Source: an uncultured cyanobacterium (GTDB taxonomy: Bacteria > Cyanobacteriota > Cyanobacteriia > Cyanobacteriales > Cyanobacteriaceae). Taken from it: a stretch of DNA of 64,000 nt. Below the pieces are notes generated by a model. That model searched no databases and was not told the DNA's origin. It saw only the letters and a list, made by a program, of their open reading frames with translations. Positions 1 to 10,785 of this stretch are shown in pieces. Location of the stretch: NCBI GenBank assembly GCA_963710605.1, contig CAVQBA010000007.1:192001-256000 (forward strand), read 5' to 3'. How positions within the stretch are numbered: position 1 is the stretch's first letter; the number at the start of each line of letters is the position of its first letter. The position numbers and the translations under genes are program-made.

Positions 1-1
1 G

Positions 2-88
2 ATTTATGCTGTAATAGATCAAGGTGAGGTATTAGAAAAAGACGGAACTACAGCAATTCAACATCGTAAGTCTGGTAGTCATTATTAG
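2..88 (+). CDS. 3' end of a gene entering from upstream of the window (product unknown)
   Basis: Open frame from base 2 reads IYAVIDQGEVLEKDGTTAIQHRKSGSHY* and converges on exoD. Confidence 0.45.
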   Translation: MYAVIDQGEVLEKDGTTAIQHRKSGSHY

Positions 89-143
89 GGTTTTGTTGCT
101 GAGAATGTGAGTTTTGATTTAGTTTTGTGTAAGTGTAAATAAA

Positions 144-776
144 TTAAAAATTATTTCTCACAAATTCTTTAACTATATCAACCAAACTCGAACCACCCCA
201 TATAACTGCCAAAACGATCGAGCTAGAAACAGCCGCCGCTATCAAACAGAGAATCAAACCAACTAAAACAATTAAACCGTCATCTTCTTGTAACCCAAAA
301 GCAATAATAAAAACACTGAGTGCGGGTAAAGTATTAGTGCCGGGGATAATAATCATCATTGAAATACCCATTAAGGCAACCATTAAACCGATGACCAATT
401 TCCCCATAAAGCTAGTACAAACATAAGTAAGACGAGGTTTAGTTATCGCTTCGATTTTTTGTAACCAAGGTAAGCCCATTTTGACAAATTTACGAGCGGT
501 ATTAGTATTCATTGAACCATTCATCATTTTGTCTGGCAACCAAGGAATCGTCGCTCCAAATAATAGTTGTACGGCTAACAAAAATATTAAGATACCAAAA
601 GGTACAGAATAACCAGGTGCTGGGATGGGTAAAGCAGAAGGTAAAGCCAGAATTAATAATAGAAAGCCAAATATTCTTTCTCCTGCTAAAGTTAGAATGT
701 CTTTTAAGGTAATGCTGGCGTTTCTTTCTTCTTGAAAAAAATAACGGTTTAATTCTACTGATAATTTTTTTGACAT
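144..776 (-). CDS. exoD: Exopolysaccharide biosynthesis protein ExoD family
   Basis: 210-aa hydrophobic protein with LALPSALPIPAPG and PGTNTLPA..QEDDG motifs typical of ExoD. Confidence 0.85.
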   Translation of the reverse strand: MSKKLSVELNRYFFQEERNASITLKDILTLAGERIFGFLLLILALPSALPIPAPGYSVPFGILIFLLAVQLLFGATIPWLPDKMMNGSMNTNTARKFVKMGLPWLQKIEAITKPRLTYVCTSFMGKLVIGLMVALMGISMMIIIPGTNTLPALSVFIIAFGLQEDDGLIVLVGLILCLIAAAVSSSIVLAVIWGGSSLVDIVKEFVRNNF

Positions 777-838
777 AGTTGATGATAGTTAAAAGTTAAA
801 AGTTAAGAGTTAAGAGTTATAAGCTGTAATCTTAATTA

Positions 839-2062
839 TTAGTTATTAATTATTTCTTCGATCGTTTCTTTACCTAATTCATCAATCCAAGCTAAATATT
901 TTATTTGCTCTGTTTTAGCATATTTTTTAATTTCTGCGGGAGTTTGTAATTGTAAATTTAATTCGACTCGTAAGTTATTATCTTTGTTTCTAAGATTTTG
1001 AGCATATGTAAAAGCATTTTGAGCGGCGGATTTGTTTTGGGGAATGACTAACCAATCACTAGGGGGAATAGAATTAGGTAATTTTGAGCTATTTTTAAGT
1101 AAACAACTATGAACATCCTCTAGATTAAAACAAAAACCAATTCCTGCGGCGGATTTATTTTGAGGGTGATAAATTTCGAGTAACTTGTCATAACGTCCTC
1201 CTTGAGCGAGGATATACGCTTTACTATTAATCGAACTAACAGCTTCAAAAACTATCCCTGTATAATAGTCAAATGTTTGTACTTTAGTTAAATCTAAAAT
1301 TAAAGGTAATTTATTATCGCTAGTATGATTAACTAATTCAATTACCGATTTCAAATGATGAACAATTTTTTGAGCTTCAGAATTTAAACCAAATTCATCT
1401 ATTTGGGCTAAAACTTCTAAAGGGTTGCCTCTTAAATCAAATAGTTTTAAGGCTTTGGTTTTTAATTGGCTATCCAAATCAAGATTTTGTAAAGTGACTC
1501 GATCTAAATTAGCGATACAATCGAGTATGGTTTGTTGTAGATTTGACGGAAAAATAGCTAAAATCGATCGAGTGAGACTAGCATCACCCAAAAGCAACTG
1601 CCAAGATTCTAAACCTAAATAACTCATCGAATCAGCTAAAAGTAAAATAACCTCAGCATCAGCTAAAACACCCTCGGCGAATAATAACTCTACTCCTGCT
1701 TGATAATATTCTAATTGTCGCCCGTAATGATTAGCTGAAGGATTACGAAATACATTAGCCCGATAACAAAGTCTTTGAATAGTTTGATTGTTGAGTCGAT
1801 TTACTGCCGCCCTACCAATTGAAGCCGTTAATTCCGGGCGTAAACCAAGTCTGCCTGAGCTTACATTTTGTAATTCTATAATAGTTGCAGGATCAATTAC
1901 ACCCCCTGCTGTTAATGTATCTACCCATTCCACGCTAGAGGTGACAATTCTTTTGTATCCCCAACGTCGAAAAACTTCTTGTAAACGATCGTTTATCCAA
2001 CTTTTTTGGGCTACTTCTAAGGGTAATAAATCTCTTGCCCCCGCCGGTGCTTGATGAATCAT
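839..2062 (-). CDS. hisZ: ATP phosphoribosyltransferase regulatory subunit
   Basis: MIHQAPAGARDLLP, LRPELTASIGR, YQAGVEL, DYYTGIVFE and GGRYDKLL; HisRS-like HisZ. Confidence 0.93.
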   Translation of the reverse strand: MIHQAPAGARDLLPLEVAQKSWINDRLQEVFRRWGYKRIVTSSVEWVDTLTAGGVIDPATIIELQNVSSGRLGLRPELTASIGRAAVNRLNNQTIQRLCYRANVFRNPSANHYGRQLEYYQAGVELLFAEGVLADAEVILLLADSMSYLGLESWQLLLGDASLTRSILAIFPSNLQQTILDCIANLDRVTLQNLDLDSQLKTKALKLFDLRGNPLEVLAQIDEFGLNSEAQKIVHHLKSVIELVNHTSDNKLPLILDLTKVQTFDYYTGIVFEAVSSINSKAYILAQGGRYDKLLEIYHPQNKSAAGIGFCFNLEDVHSCLLKNSSKLPNSIPPSDWLVIPQNKSAAQNAFTYAQNLRNKDNNLRVELNLQLQTPAEIKKYAKTEQIKYLAWIDELGKETIEEIINN

Positions 2063-2177
2063 GTTGTAATTGATAGTTGATAGTTAATAGTTGATGGTAA
2101 ATTACTTATTACTCATCACTAGTTTACTTATTGCTCTTTTATTGTCAATTGTCAATTGTCAATTGTCAATTATCAAC

Positions 2178-3254
2178 TTACCATAAAGGAATACCAAATA
2201 TTTTAGGTGGTTCTTTTTTACCTTTATCGTCTTTTGATTTTTTAGCTGTATTGTCTTTTTTAGCTGTTTTTGATTTACCGTCTTTTTTCTGGGCTGATTT
2301 TTTACCTTTATTCTCAACCTTAGTTAATTTTTCTTTGATTTCTTCTACTTGAGGATTATCGCCATCTAGTTTGACTGCTCGATTGATGTGAATACGAGCA
2401 TAAGTTAAATTACTTTGTTCTAAATATACTAATCCTAATAAAGCGTGAGCAACGGCACTATCAGAATCTATTTTAACTGCTTCTCTTAAGTCAAACACAG
2501 CAGGTTCATAATTCGCTATTTCAATGTTACGGTTTGCACTTTCAATTAACATTTCTAAACGACTCATCGGCTGTTTAGCTACAGTTGGAGATTCATTTTC
2601 GGTTTCGTTTGGTATATTTGTCGTATTAGCTTGAGTATTCGTTACTTTTTGGGTTTGAGATTGTTTGGTTGTTTGACTTGAGCGATTAATAACTCCTTCA
2701 ACTGAAGATATCACAGAAGATACGGGTTTTTTCTGATAATTTCCGCCTGTAACTTTACCTAATTCAAATTGTTTTTGTCTAATTAAATAAACCATATTTA
2801 GTTCACTTAATAAACCTACTTTGATTGTTAGTTTACTAAAATCTGTGTATTGTTCTTGACTTATTTTTTCGATTGTTTCTTCGTATATTTGTTGTAGCTT
2901 ATTTTGCTCTTCTTGTAAGAGTTTATTTGCTGTATCACTACTAATCGTAACTTTATCAATGTTAGGTGCTAAACGATTACCTATTTCAGAAATAATTAAT
3001 TCACATTCTTTTCTTAATTTTGGTTTTTGTAAATTTTCATACGCTGGATTTACTATTTTAGAAAGTAATTCACTCGCCGCTACTTTTTCAGTTGGAGTCG
3101 AATCATGATTAGTATCAGGGTGCAATTTGTAAGCTAATTTCATGTATCTTTGACGCATTTGTTTAGGATTAGCCGAAATTGGTACTCCTAAAATGGCATA
3201 ATAATCTTTGACTTCGTATTTAAAAAGACCATATTTAAAATCAGAAATTAACAT
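2178..3254 (-). CDS. J-domain (DnaJ) and TPR-containing protein
   Basis: DYYAILGV..KLHPD J-domain with HPD, C-terminal TPR helices and a Lys-rich tail. Confidence 0.85.
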   Translation of the reverse strand: MLISDFKYGLFKYEVKDYYAILGVPISANPKQMRQRYMKLAYKLHPDTNHDSTPTEKVAASELLSKIVNPAYENLQKPKLRKECELIISEIGNRLAPNIDKVTISSDTANKLLQEEQNKLQQIYEETIEKISQEQYTDFSKLTIKVGLLSELNMVYLIRQKQFELGKVTGGNYQKKPVSSVISSVEGVINRSSQTTKQSQTQKVTNTQANTTNIPNETENESPTVAKQPMSRLEMLIESANRNIEIANYEPAVFDLREAVKIDSDSAVAHALLGLVYLEQSNLTYARIHINRAVKLDGDNPQVEEIKEKLTKVENKGKKSAQKKDGKSKTAKKDNTAKKSKDDKGKKEPPKIFGIPLW

Positions 3255-3355
3255 TATTTTTCACTCTACATTAGATAATTATTTTAGAAAGCTAAACTCA
3301 ATTCTTTGATTATTTTAATTTAATTATATTAAACTATAAAACTAAATTATTTAAC

Positions 3356-4189
3356 TTAATTATTACGAAAAGAAAAAGCAGAATCATGGGGAGTTTTTTG
3401 TAACGTTTGGCTAAGTTCTGAATGTAAATAACCGTTCGTTGCTAAAATTCTACCACTATTAAGGTCAAATTGACTTTCGTCATAGGCACTGACTTTTCCT
3501 CCTGCTTCTTCTACTATAACGACACCTCCTGCTAAATCCCATGGGCTTAAACCTCTTTCCCAATAACCGTCTAGTCTTCCTGTTGCTACATCACATAAAT
3601 CTAATGATGCACTTCCTCCTCTTCTGACTCCTTGAGTTAAATGTGTTAGATAACAAAACTCGGCATAATTATTATCTTCTACTTCTGTTCGATCGTATGC
3701 AAAACCTGTTACCAAAAGACTATTAATTAATTTGTTGGTGGTAGAAACTTGTATTTTTACATCATTAAGAGTCGCTCCTAATCCTTTCCCTGCTTTCCAT
3801 AATTCGTTTCTCATCGGGTTATAAACGACTCCCACCGAGGGGATACCATTAATTAATAAACCCACGGATACTGCCGACTGAGGGTAGCCATGAGCATAAT
3901 TAGTTGTACCATCTAATGGATCAATTACCCAGAGATAATCACTATTTTCTTGACCTAGTTTGCCCGATTCTTCAGCTAAGATTTGATGGTGAGGATAATA
4001 TCTTTTTATTATTTGAAGTATTTCTGTTTCTGCTTGTTTATCTACTTGAGTTACCAAATCACCTACTCTACCTTTTTCTTTAATTTCTAGTTGTTTACCC
4101 CAATATTTATTAAGGATGACTCCTCCTGCACGGGCGGCAACAGTAGCAATATCAAGAAGTTGTTCGATACTTTGATAATTTTGGCTCAT
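3356..4189 (-). CDS. suhB: Inositol monophosphatase family protein
   Basis: WVIDPLDGTTNYAHG and WDLAGG signatures. Confidence 0.9.
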   Translation of the reverse strand: MSQNYQSIEQLLDIATVAARAGGVILNKYWGKQLEIKEKGRVGDLVTQVDKQAETEILQIIKRYYPHHQILAEESGKLGQENSDYLWVIDPLDGTTNYAHGYPQSAVSVGLLINGIPSVGVVYNPMRNELWKAGKGLGATLNDVKIQVSTTNKLINSLLVTGFAYDRTEVEDNNYAEFCYLTHLTQGVRRGGSASLDLCDVATGRLDGYWERGLSPWDLAGGVVIVEEAGGKVSAYDESQFDLNSGRILATNGYLHSELSQTLQKTPHDSAFSFRNN

Positions 4190-4695
4190 TATTGACTAGA
4201 AGATTGTGATGATGAATTTAATTGTTTGAGGGGTTGCTCAGGATTCCAAATCCCTTTACCCATGATACGAGCATAATCTTGAGCGTGCAACAATTGTCGA
4301 TCGTATTTACCATCAGTATAAGCCAAATTAGCAACCCCATATCCTTGTTCAATTATTTGTTGATTAATTAATTGTTGGTTATACCAAACATATCCAGAGA
4401 TTCTGCCAAATTTATCTAATTCTTCAACATCGGTTTCAATCAATAACAAAGTATTAGGGATAAGAGTCTTTTGTAAAAACTGTTGTGCATTTTCACCCCA
4501 CGGTTTGATTGAAAATGAAGGTGTATCCAACCCTGCCAATCTCAATTTATACGTTTTGATGTCAATTATTACTTCTATTGTTTGCCCACTAACAACCTGC
4601 TTTAACTTACCATCTATTCCTTTAACTACTTGATTCGATTGACAACCAACATTCAACCAAAACACTAAGATGACGATAACCAACAATTTAAACAT
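4189..4695 (-). CDS. Thermonuclease (SNase) family lipoprotein
   Basis: LRLAGLDTP, DKFGR, ARIMGKGIW and an N-terminal lipobox-like signal (VGC). Stop overlaps the suhB start by 1 nt. Confidence 0.8.
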   Translation of the reverse strand: MFKLLVIVILVFWLNVGCQSNQVVKGIDGKLKQVVSGQTIEVIIDIKTYKLRLAGLDTPSFSIKPWGENAQQFLQKTLIPNTLLLIETDVEELDKFGRISGYVWYNQQLINQQIIEQGYGVANLAYTDGKYDRQLLHAQDYARIMGKGIWNPEQPLKQLNSSSQSSSQ

Positions 4696-4811
4696 TAATT
4701 AATTTGACTAATAACAAAATCATAAGCAATAATAAAGAATAAAGTAAAAAGTACTAATTATTCATTATTTGTTGTTCATTGTTCACTGTTCATTGTTCAT
4801 TGTTCATTGTA

Positions 4812-5180
4812 TTACTCGTCTTCAATCGGAATACCAAAACGGACTTTTCCTTTAGCAAAATAACGTCCAAATTGTAATTCATATACTTCATCTTCATCTT
4901 GTGTTTCCACGACTAAATCAGAGCGAGGATAAGAAACACATAACAAAGCATAACCTTCTTTTTGTAATTCAGGAGATAAACCCATTGCTTCTGGTTGATA
5001 TAAATCACCTCTAATTACTCTTACCGCACAAGTTGTACAAGCACCGTTACGACAAGCAAAAGGGGGTTTTACTTCTTGGTTTTCGGCTGTAGTTAAAATG
5101 TATTGGTTTTCGGGAACGCTAACGGTTTCTACGGTATTTTTTTGTCTATTTTTGATCGTAACTTGATAGGTTTTGGTCAT
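4812..5180 (-). CDS. 2Fe-2S ferredoxin (plant type)
   Basis: CRNGACTTC...LLCVSYPRSD cysteine motif. Confidence 0.92.
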   Translation of the reverse strand: MTKTYQVTIKNRQKNTVETVSVPENQYILTTAENQEVKPPFACRNGACTTCAVRVIRGDLYQPEAMGLSPELQKEGYALLCVSYPRSDLVVETQDEDEVYELQFGRYFAKGKVRFGIPIEDE

Positions 5181-5414
5181 AGTTGAATGGAAGTTTAACT
5201 AACAGATGAAGTAAATCAAGCGATCGATTTATTTTGAATTGTATCATAAGTTTTTTGAGTATTTTATTTAGTATAACCGCAGAGAACGCTGAGTACGCAG
5301 AGGAGTTGGTTGGTTGTATGTTTATGATGGTTTAAAAAGAGAGAATATCTTATCAACAAAGACGAGTTACGATGAATTAATTCTAGTTTATTAGTTCAAA
5401 AATACTTCTAAATA

Positions 5415-6766
5415 CTAGTTGATTACTATTCTAAAGCCTGCGTGTTGATAAAAATAAGGACGAAACCAATTACGATAAAATGGTGTTGCTTCATAACCAT
5501 TAGTTGCCCAACAACCACCGATTAGTTTATAATGACGATCGTCAAAAAATGGTGCAGAATAGTCATCATAAAGATAATGTGGTTTATATCCGGGTAAGGG
5601 TTGGAAAATATCTCCTAACCATTCCCAAACATTACCTCTCAAATCATATACTTCTTGATCATTTTTACTAGTAGCAATACTACCGACAGGATGAGGTGAA
5701 ACATATTTTAAATTGAGATTATAATTATTGACATCATTATTTTGTCGATTTTGGGTGGCTAAATGCCATTGTGCCTCTGTTATTAAACTATATTGCTGTT
5801 TCGACTCTTACTACTAATATAATTACAATAAGCGATCGCTTCATAATGATTCACTTCAACTGGAAAATCAAGTGGTAATTGAGTTCGATCGAACATTAAA
5901 CGATAATCATATCTATCATTACTCACTGATAACCAAAATTTAGGATGAGTTACATTATAAGATTCTCGCCATTGCCATCCCGACTCTTGCCAATATTTTC
6001 GCTTTTGATAACCTCCTGCTTCAATAAATTCTAAAAATTCGCCATTAGTAATCATATATTTACTAACAGCAAAAGAAGGTACTTTCACTGTTAATTCACC
6101 ATAATCTATATCCCAACCAAAAAGATAGTCATCACTTTTTTTACCTAAAGTGACGATACCTCCATCAATCGTAATCATTTGATTGTCAGGTATTTTACCT
6201 TGACTAGTAGCATATTGCCATTGAGCTGGTTTTTGCACTAATTCTATGGGTAATTGTCTAATCAACATCGAAGAAGTTTCGATATGTATTCTTTGATGTT
6301 CTATACCCATAATTATCGCCCACCAAATATTATCTGGAGTTATCGGTAATGATAAAGGAGTTTGTTGAATAACTTTAAGAATAGTTTGGTAAGCTAAATG
6401 ACGATATTGCCAGATAGCTTCCACTGTATCCCATTTAATCGACTCGATCGCTTTGTCTAATTCTTCAGGGGTTTGAGGATCAACGCCAATCTCGTATAAT
6501 AGTTCATAATCAGGATTAATTCTCTGCTCAGATGTTAGTAAACCTACAGTAACTAACTTATTAATATAAAAAACTGCTGAATGCCCCAAATAAAAAATTA
6601 GCGGATTACGCAAACAATCGGGATTCAAATTAAAACTATCAGGATGAAGAATAGTTCTAAATAGCTTATCTTCTATTTGCCATGCTTGTTTAAAATAATC
6701 AAGAATTTCTTTTTTATTACAATTTTTCAGAAATAATAAATTAGAGTTTTGAGCTAATAACATCAA
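5415..6766 (-). CDS. OvoA-like 5-histidylcysteine sulfoxide synthase without a methyltransferase domain (EgtB type IV-like); frameshifted near 5800
   Basis: LRNPLIFYLGHSAVFYINKL, HQRIH iron-binding motif and FGE-sulfatase domain. The alternate frame continues SLITEAQWH...DLRGNVWEW...FYQHAGFR. Confidence 0.85.
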
Positions 6767-6895
6767 TATTTTCTTTAATTTGATAGATAATTAATTTACA
6801 ATTACTATAGTCATCTTAAATAATTGAGAAGGCTTTATGATTAATTTGAGATCGAGTCTATAACTTAAAAAAACCTAATTATTAGTTATTGATTA

Positions 6896-7420
6896 TTATT
6901 TATTTTCTTCCCAATAATAATACAAAAGATAATATAGTTTAATAACTTCTTGATGACTAACTTGTTCGTTTCTAACATTAGTTAAAAAGGCTTCCATAAA
7001 AGAAACAATCCAAGTTAACTCTATTTTAGGTAACTCATCATCTAATCTTGGTAATGTTTTTTTTGCTTCCTCAATTGTATCTCTTTGGTGAGTTTTAATT
7101 GGTGTAGCCTGACGTAAAGGATTACTTTCGATAGCGGCAAAACCTTGAGAAACGATCGAACTAATTTTTTTTCTCAATTGTCTTTGCTCTTTTATTCTTC
7201 GTTTTTGTCTTTCTATACCTTCTACACAAGAAGCGTAATAACAAGGAAGACGATTAAGGGCAAAAGTAGCAACTTCTAACTTATTAACATTAGAATTACT
7301 TTGAGTAAAATTATCTTTATCTATGCCTGTTAATGTTGTTCTCTTTGCTAATTGAAGTTCTATTTCTTGTGTCACAAAAGCTTCCATGACATTTTGATAT
7401 GCTTGTATTTCTTCTGACAT
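6896..7420 (-). CDS. Late competence development ComFB family protein
   Basis: NVME..V..EI and VATFALNRLPCYYAS, typical of ComFB domains. Confidence 0.75.
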   Translation of the reverse strand: MSEEIQAYQNVMEAFVTQEIELQLAKRTTLTGIDKDNFTQSNSNVNKLEVATFALNRLPCYYASCVEGIERQKRRIKEQRQLRKKISSIVSQGFAAIESNPLRQATPIKTHQRDTIEEAKKTLPRLDDELPKIELTWIVSFMEAFLTNVRNEQVSHQEVIKLYYLLYYYWEENK

Positions 7421-7467
7421 GATAATCTTAAAAAACAGAAAATAGTTTATAGTAATAAAAAAATCAA

Positions 7468-9261
7468 TTATTTAATTTTAGCTGATAGAGCTTTAACTAC
7501 TTCTTCAATAGCGATATTTTCAGATTGCTTGTCTGCTCTATTTACCATTTCTACTTTACCTTCTTTTAACGATCGACCTGTCACAATACGATAAGGAATA
7601 CCAATCAAGTCAGCATCTTTAAATTTACCACCTGCTCGTCCATCTCGATCGTCTAATAGGGTTTCAATCCCTGCTTCGTTCAATTCTTGATAAAGTTTTG
7701 TGGCAACTTCCATCTGCTTTTCATCGTTGATATTAGGTACAACAATTATGACATGATAAGGTGCGATCGCTACTGGCCAAATAATACCATCTTTGTCATG
7801 ACATTGCTCAACGGCAGATTGAGCTAAACGAGAAACACCAATACCATAACAACCCATTTCTAAAGGTTTTTCTGTACCGTCTTCGGTGGTATAAGTTGCC
7901 CCCATCGCTTGAGAGTATTTATTACCTAATTGAAATATATGCCCAACTTCGATTCCTCTAGCAGTTTGTAAACGCTGAGATTTGTCGTGATTTGCTCTAT
8001 CTCCTACTAAGGCTTTACGAATATCAACAACTTTTTTAGGTAAGGTAAATTGTTCACCCCAATTTGCTCCTAAAACATGATAATCTTCCTCGTTAGCACC
8101 TGTGACAAAGTTAGTTAAGTCAACGGCTGTTTTATCCACAAAACGCAAAAATTTACTTTCTGTTTCCTGATTTGAGTTAATATAATCATTACTTAAATCA
8201 GGGGCAATATAACCTAAAGGTAAAGGTTTAGCCGTCCATTTTTGTTGGCTTTTTGCATCTGGTACTGTCAAACTTAAAATGGTTGTAGCCTTATAGTCAG
8301 GGGCTAATTTAACTAATTCATTTTGTAATTTTACTTCGTTTACGTCTTGATCTCCTCTAATACTAACTAAGACTAAGACAGTTTTACCTGAATCATAAAC
8401 TACTTGATAAAGTACGTTTTTGACAATATTAGTAGGCGAACATTGAAGTTTATCTATTAAAAGTGCGATCGTATTTGTCTTAGGAGTTTCCTTTTTTTCG
8501 TAACTTGTAAAAGGAGATTCAACCACATCATCAGGAAGAGAAGTTGCTTTTTCTACATTAGCGGCATATAACCCATCTTCGGTATAAAGAATATCATCTT
8601 CTCCTGCTTCGGCTAAAACCATAAATTCTTGCGAACCCGATCCACCGATAGCTCCAGAATCGGCTTCTACGGCGGTAAAATTCAACCCACAACGATCGAA
8701 AATGCGACGATAAGCCCCGTCCATATCTTGGTAAGTTTCTTTTAAGGATGCTTCATCTTTGTGGAAAGAATAACCATCTTTCATAATAAATTCTCGACCA
8801 CGCATCAAACCAAAACGAGGACGAATTTCATCTCTAAATTTAGTTTGTATTTGATATAAATGTACGGGTAATTGACGGTATGATTTAACCATATCTTTAG
8901 CGATCGTCGTAATTACCTCTTCATGAGTTGGTCCTAATGCTAACTCTCTTTTTTGTCGATCGACTAAGGAAAACATAATCCCTTCAGCCTTGGTATAAGT
9001 CTCCCATCGCCCCGATTCTTGCCATAAACTAGCAGGTTGAAGTTGAGGCAACAAACATTCTAATGCCCCTGTAGCGTTCATTTCTTCTCTGACAATCTGA
9101 CTTATTTTTTGTAATACACGTGACATTAAAGGTAGATAAGCGTAAAGACCGCTACCGATTCGACGGATATATCCTGCTCTTAATAATAACTGATGACTGA
9201 TGATTTCTGCCTCTGCGGGAGTCTCACGCAAAGTTACCAATAACATTTGAGATAAACGCAT
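7468..9261 (-). CDS. proS: Proline--tRNA ligase
   Basis: [42 protein letters not shown] and MGCYGIG. Confidence 0.97.
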   Translation of the reverse strand: MRLSQMLLVTLRETPAEAEIISHQLLLRAGYIRRIGSGLYAYLPLMSRVLQKISQIVREEMNATGALECLLPQLQPASLWQESGRWETYTKAEGIMFSLVDRQKRELALGPTHEEVITTIAKDMVKSYRQLPVHLYQIQTKFRDEIRPRFGLMRGREFIMKDGYSFHKDEASLKETYQDMDGAYRRIFDRCGLNFTAVEADSGAIGGSGSQEFMVLAEAGEDDILYTEDGLYAANVEKATSLPDDVVESPFTSYEKKETPKTNTIALLIDKLQCSPTNIVKNVLYQVVYDSGKTVLVLVSIRGDQDVNEVKLQNELVKLAPDYKATTILSLTVPDAKSQQKWTAKPLPLGYIAPDLSNDYINSNQETESKFLRFVDKTAVDLTNFVTGANEEDYHVLGANWGEQFTLPKKVVDIRKALVGDRANHDKSQRLQTARGIEVGHIFQLGNKYSQAMGATYTTEDGTEKPLEMGCYGIGVSRLAQSAVEQCHDKDGIIWPVAIAPYHVIIVVPNINDEKQMEVATKLYQELNEAGIETLLDDRDGRAGGKFKDADLIGIPYRIVTGRSLKEGKVEMVNRADKQSENIAIEEVVKALSAKIK

Positions 9262-9433
9262 ATTTAATAGTTAATAGTTAATAGTTAATAGTTGATAGCT
9301 TTAACAGTGAACAATGAACAATGAACAGTTAACAGTGAATAGTTAACAATAATTCGACCTTCTCTATTCTTACTCATTATTCATTTACGGATTGCTTTTT
9401 TATTGTCAATTGTCCATTGTCCATTGTCAATTA

Positions 9434-10432
9434 TTATCTTCCCCATTTAAAAATAGCCGCACCCCAAGTCAAACCAGCTCCAAAACCTGAAGTTGCGATC
9501 GTATCGCCTGATTTAATTTTGCCTTTTTGTACTGCTTCATCTAAAGCCAAAGGAATAGAAGCCGCACTGGTGTTACCATACTCACTTAAGTTAGAAATTA
9601 CTCTTGCTTCGTCAATTTTTAGTCTGGAAGCTACTGCTGAAATAATTCTTTGATTAGCTTGATGTAAAATTAACCAATCAACATCTTCTGTACTCAAATA
9701 TGATTTTGATAAAGCTTTTTCGATCACCTCTGGTACTTTACTCACTGCAAAACGATAAACCTCTCTACCATTCATCGTAATCGGAGTAAAGCCACCTTGA
9801 GTAACTTGTTTATCGCTACCGATATCAACGCTTTTTCCTTGATACGCCAAATTTAAACAACCGTTTAACTCACCATTACTGTGCATTTGAAAGCCTAAAA
9901 GGTTATCTTTGGTTAAACTAGCTTGACAGACCACTGCACCCGCACCATCACCGAATAATACACAAGTTGTCCTATCTTGCCAATCTACCCAACGAGATAA
10001 ACAATCAGCACCGATTACCACTATATTTTTGTAAACACCATTACGTAAAAATTGAGAAGCAGTTACCAGTGCAAAAACAAAACCCGAACAAGCGGCAGTC
10101 AAATCAAAAGCGACGGCTTTTGTCGCTCCAATCAAATGTTGTACTTTACTAGCACTACCAAACAAGTCATCGGGAGTAGAAGTAGCTAAAATAATTAAGT
10201 CAATCTCATCTGCGGTTAAACCAGCGTTAGCGATCGCTTTTTTTCCTGCTTCAGCCGCCAAATCACTAAGAGATTGAGTATCAGCAAGATGACGTTTTTT
10301 AATTCCTGTTCGGCTAGTTATCCAATCATCAGAGGTTTCCACAATTTTACTTAAATCATCATTACTGAGTATTTGTGGGCTAGTCGCCGAACCACTACCA
10401 ATAATAGTTACCCCGCTTTTTATTTGCTCCAA
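9434..10432 (-). CDS. fabH: 3-oxoacyl-ACP synthase III
   Basis: AACSGF, HQANQRI, GNTSAAS and GFGAGLTWG; TTG start. Confidence 0.95.
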   Translation of the reverse strand: MEQIKSGVTIIGSGSATSPQILSNDDLSKIVETSDDWITSRTGIKKRHLADTQSLSDLAAEAGKKAIANAGLTADEIDLIILATSTPDDLFGSASKVQHLIGATKAVAFDLTAACSGFVFALVTASQFLRNGVYKNIVVIGADCLSRWVDWQDRTTCVLFGDGAGAVVCQASLTKDNLLGFQMHSNGELNGCLNLAYQGKSVDIGSDKQVTQGGFTPITMNGREVYRFAVSKVPEVIEKALSKSYLSTEDVDWLILHQANQRIISAVASRLKIDEARVISNLSEYGNTSAASIPLALDEAVQKGKIKSGDTIATSGFGAGLTWGAAIFKWGR

Positions 10433-10625
10433 TGATTTTCTCCTTTGGCTTGACTATTTTAACTAGCAGATTTTGTTGTAGCTAGTTATTTAGATTATCA
10501 TAAGTTCACGGACAAAGAACGACGATCGATGGCTATTTTTTCTTGAAGTTCTTTGATTTTCGATTCTTATTTATTATTTATTATTTATTATTTATTGGTA
10601 AAGTCTTTTTTGTTATCTGTGTATA

Positions 10626-10660
10626 ACCCCTCTAAATCTCCCCTTGGGAAGGGGAGACTT
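10626..10660. repeat. Dispersed CCCC-rich hairpin repeat; similar copies near 36418, 39520, 54398, 56205 and 59800
   Basis: CCCCTCTAAATCTCCCCTTGGGAAGGGGAGACTT stem-loop, with related copies elsewhere in the window. Confidence 0.7.
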
Positions 10661-10722
10661 GGGAACTTACTGACAACAACGATCGCAAATTTTATTTGAA
10701 TTGGTATTATCAAAAATTGACT

Positions 10723-10745
10723 GTAGGGGTGCAAGGTTTGCACCC
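10723..10745 (+). repeat. GTAG-type REP-like palindrome; relatives at 15181-15203, 39640-39662 and 57824-57844
   Basis: GTAG+GGGTGCAA-GGT-TTGCACCC, with a near-identical copy at 39640. Confidence 0.75.
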
Positions 10746-10785
10746 ACATCATCTTTGAAAAGTTCTACCCACAAACGATCGTCTA

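Noticed and set aside
2131..2352. ORFs starting with CQLSIVN-like repeats (also 9417-9653)
   Set aside because: Produced by heptamer repeats and antisense to real genes.
10433..10785. plsX remnant upstream of fabH
   Set aside because: No recognisable PlsX coding sequence; the interval is AT-rich DNA and repeats.
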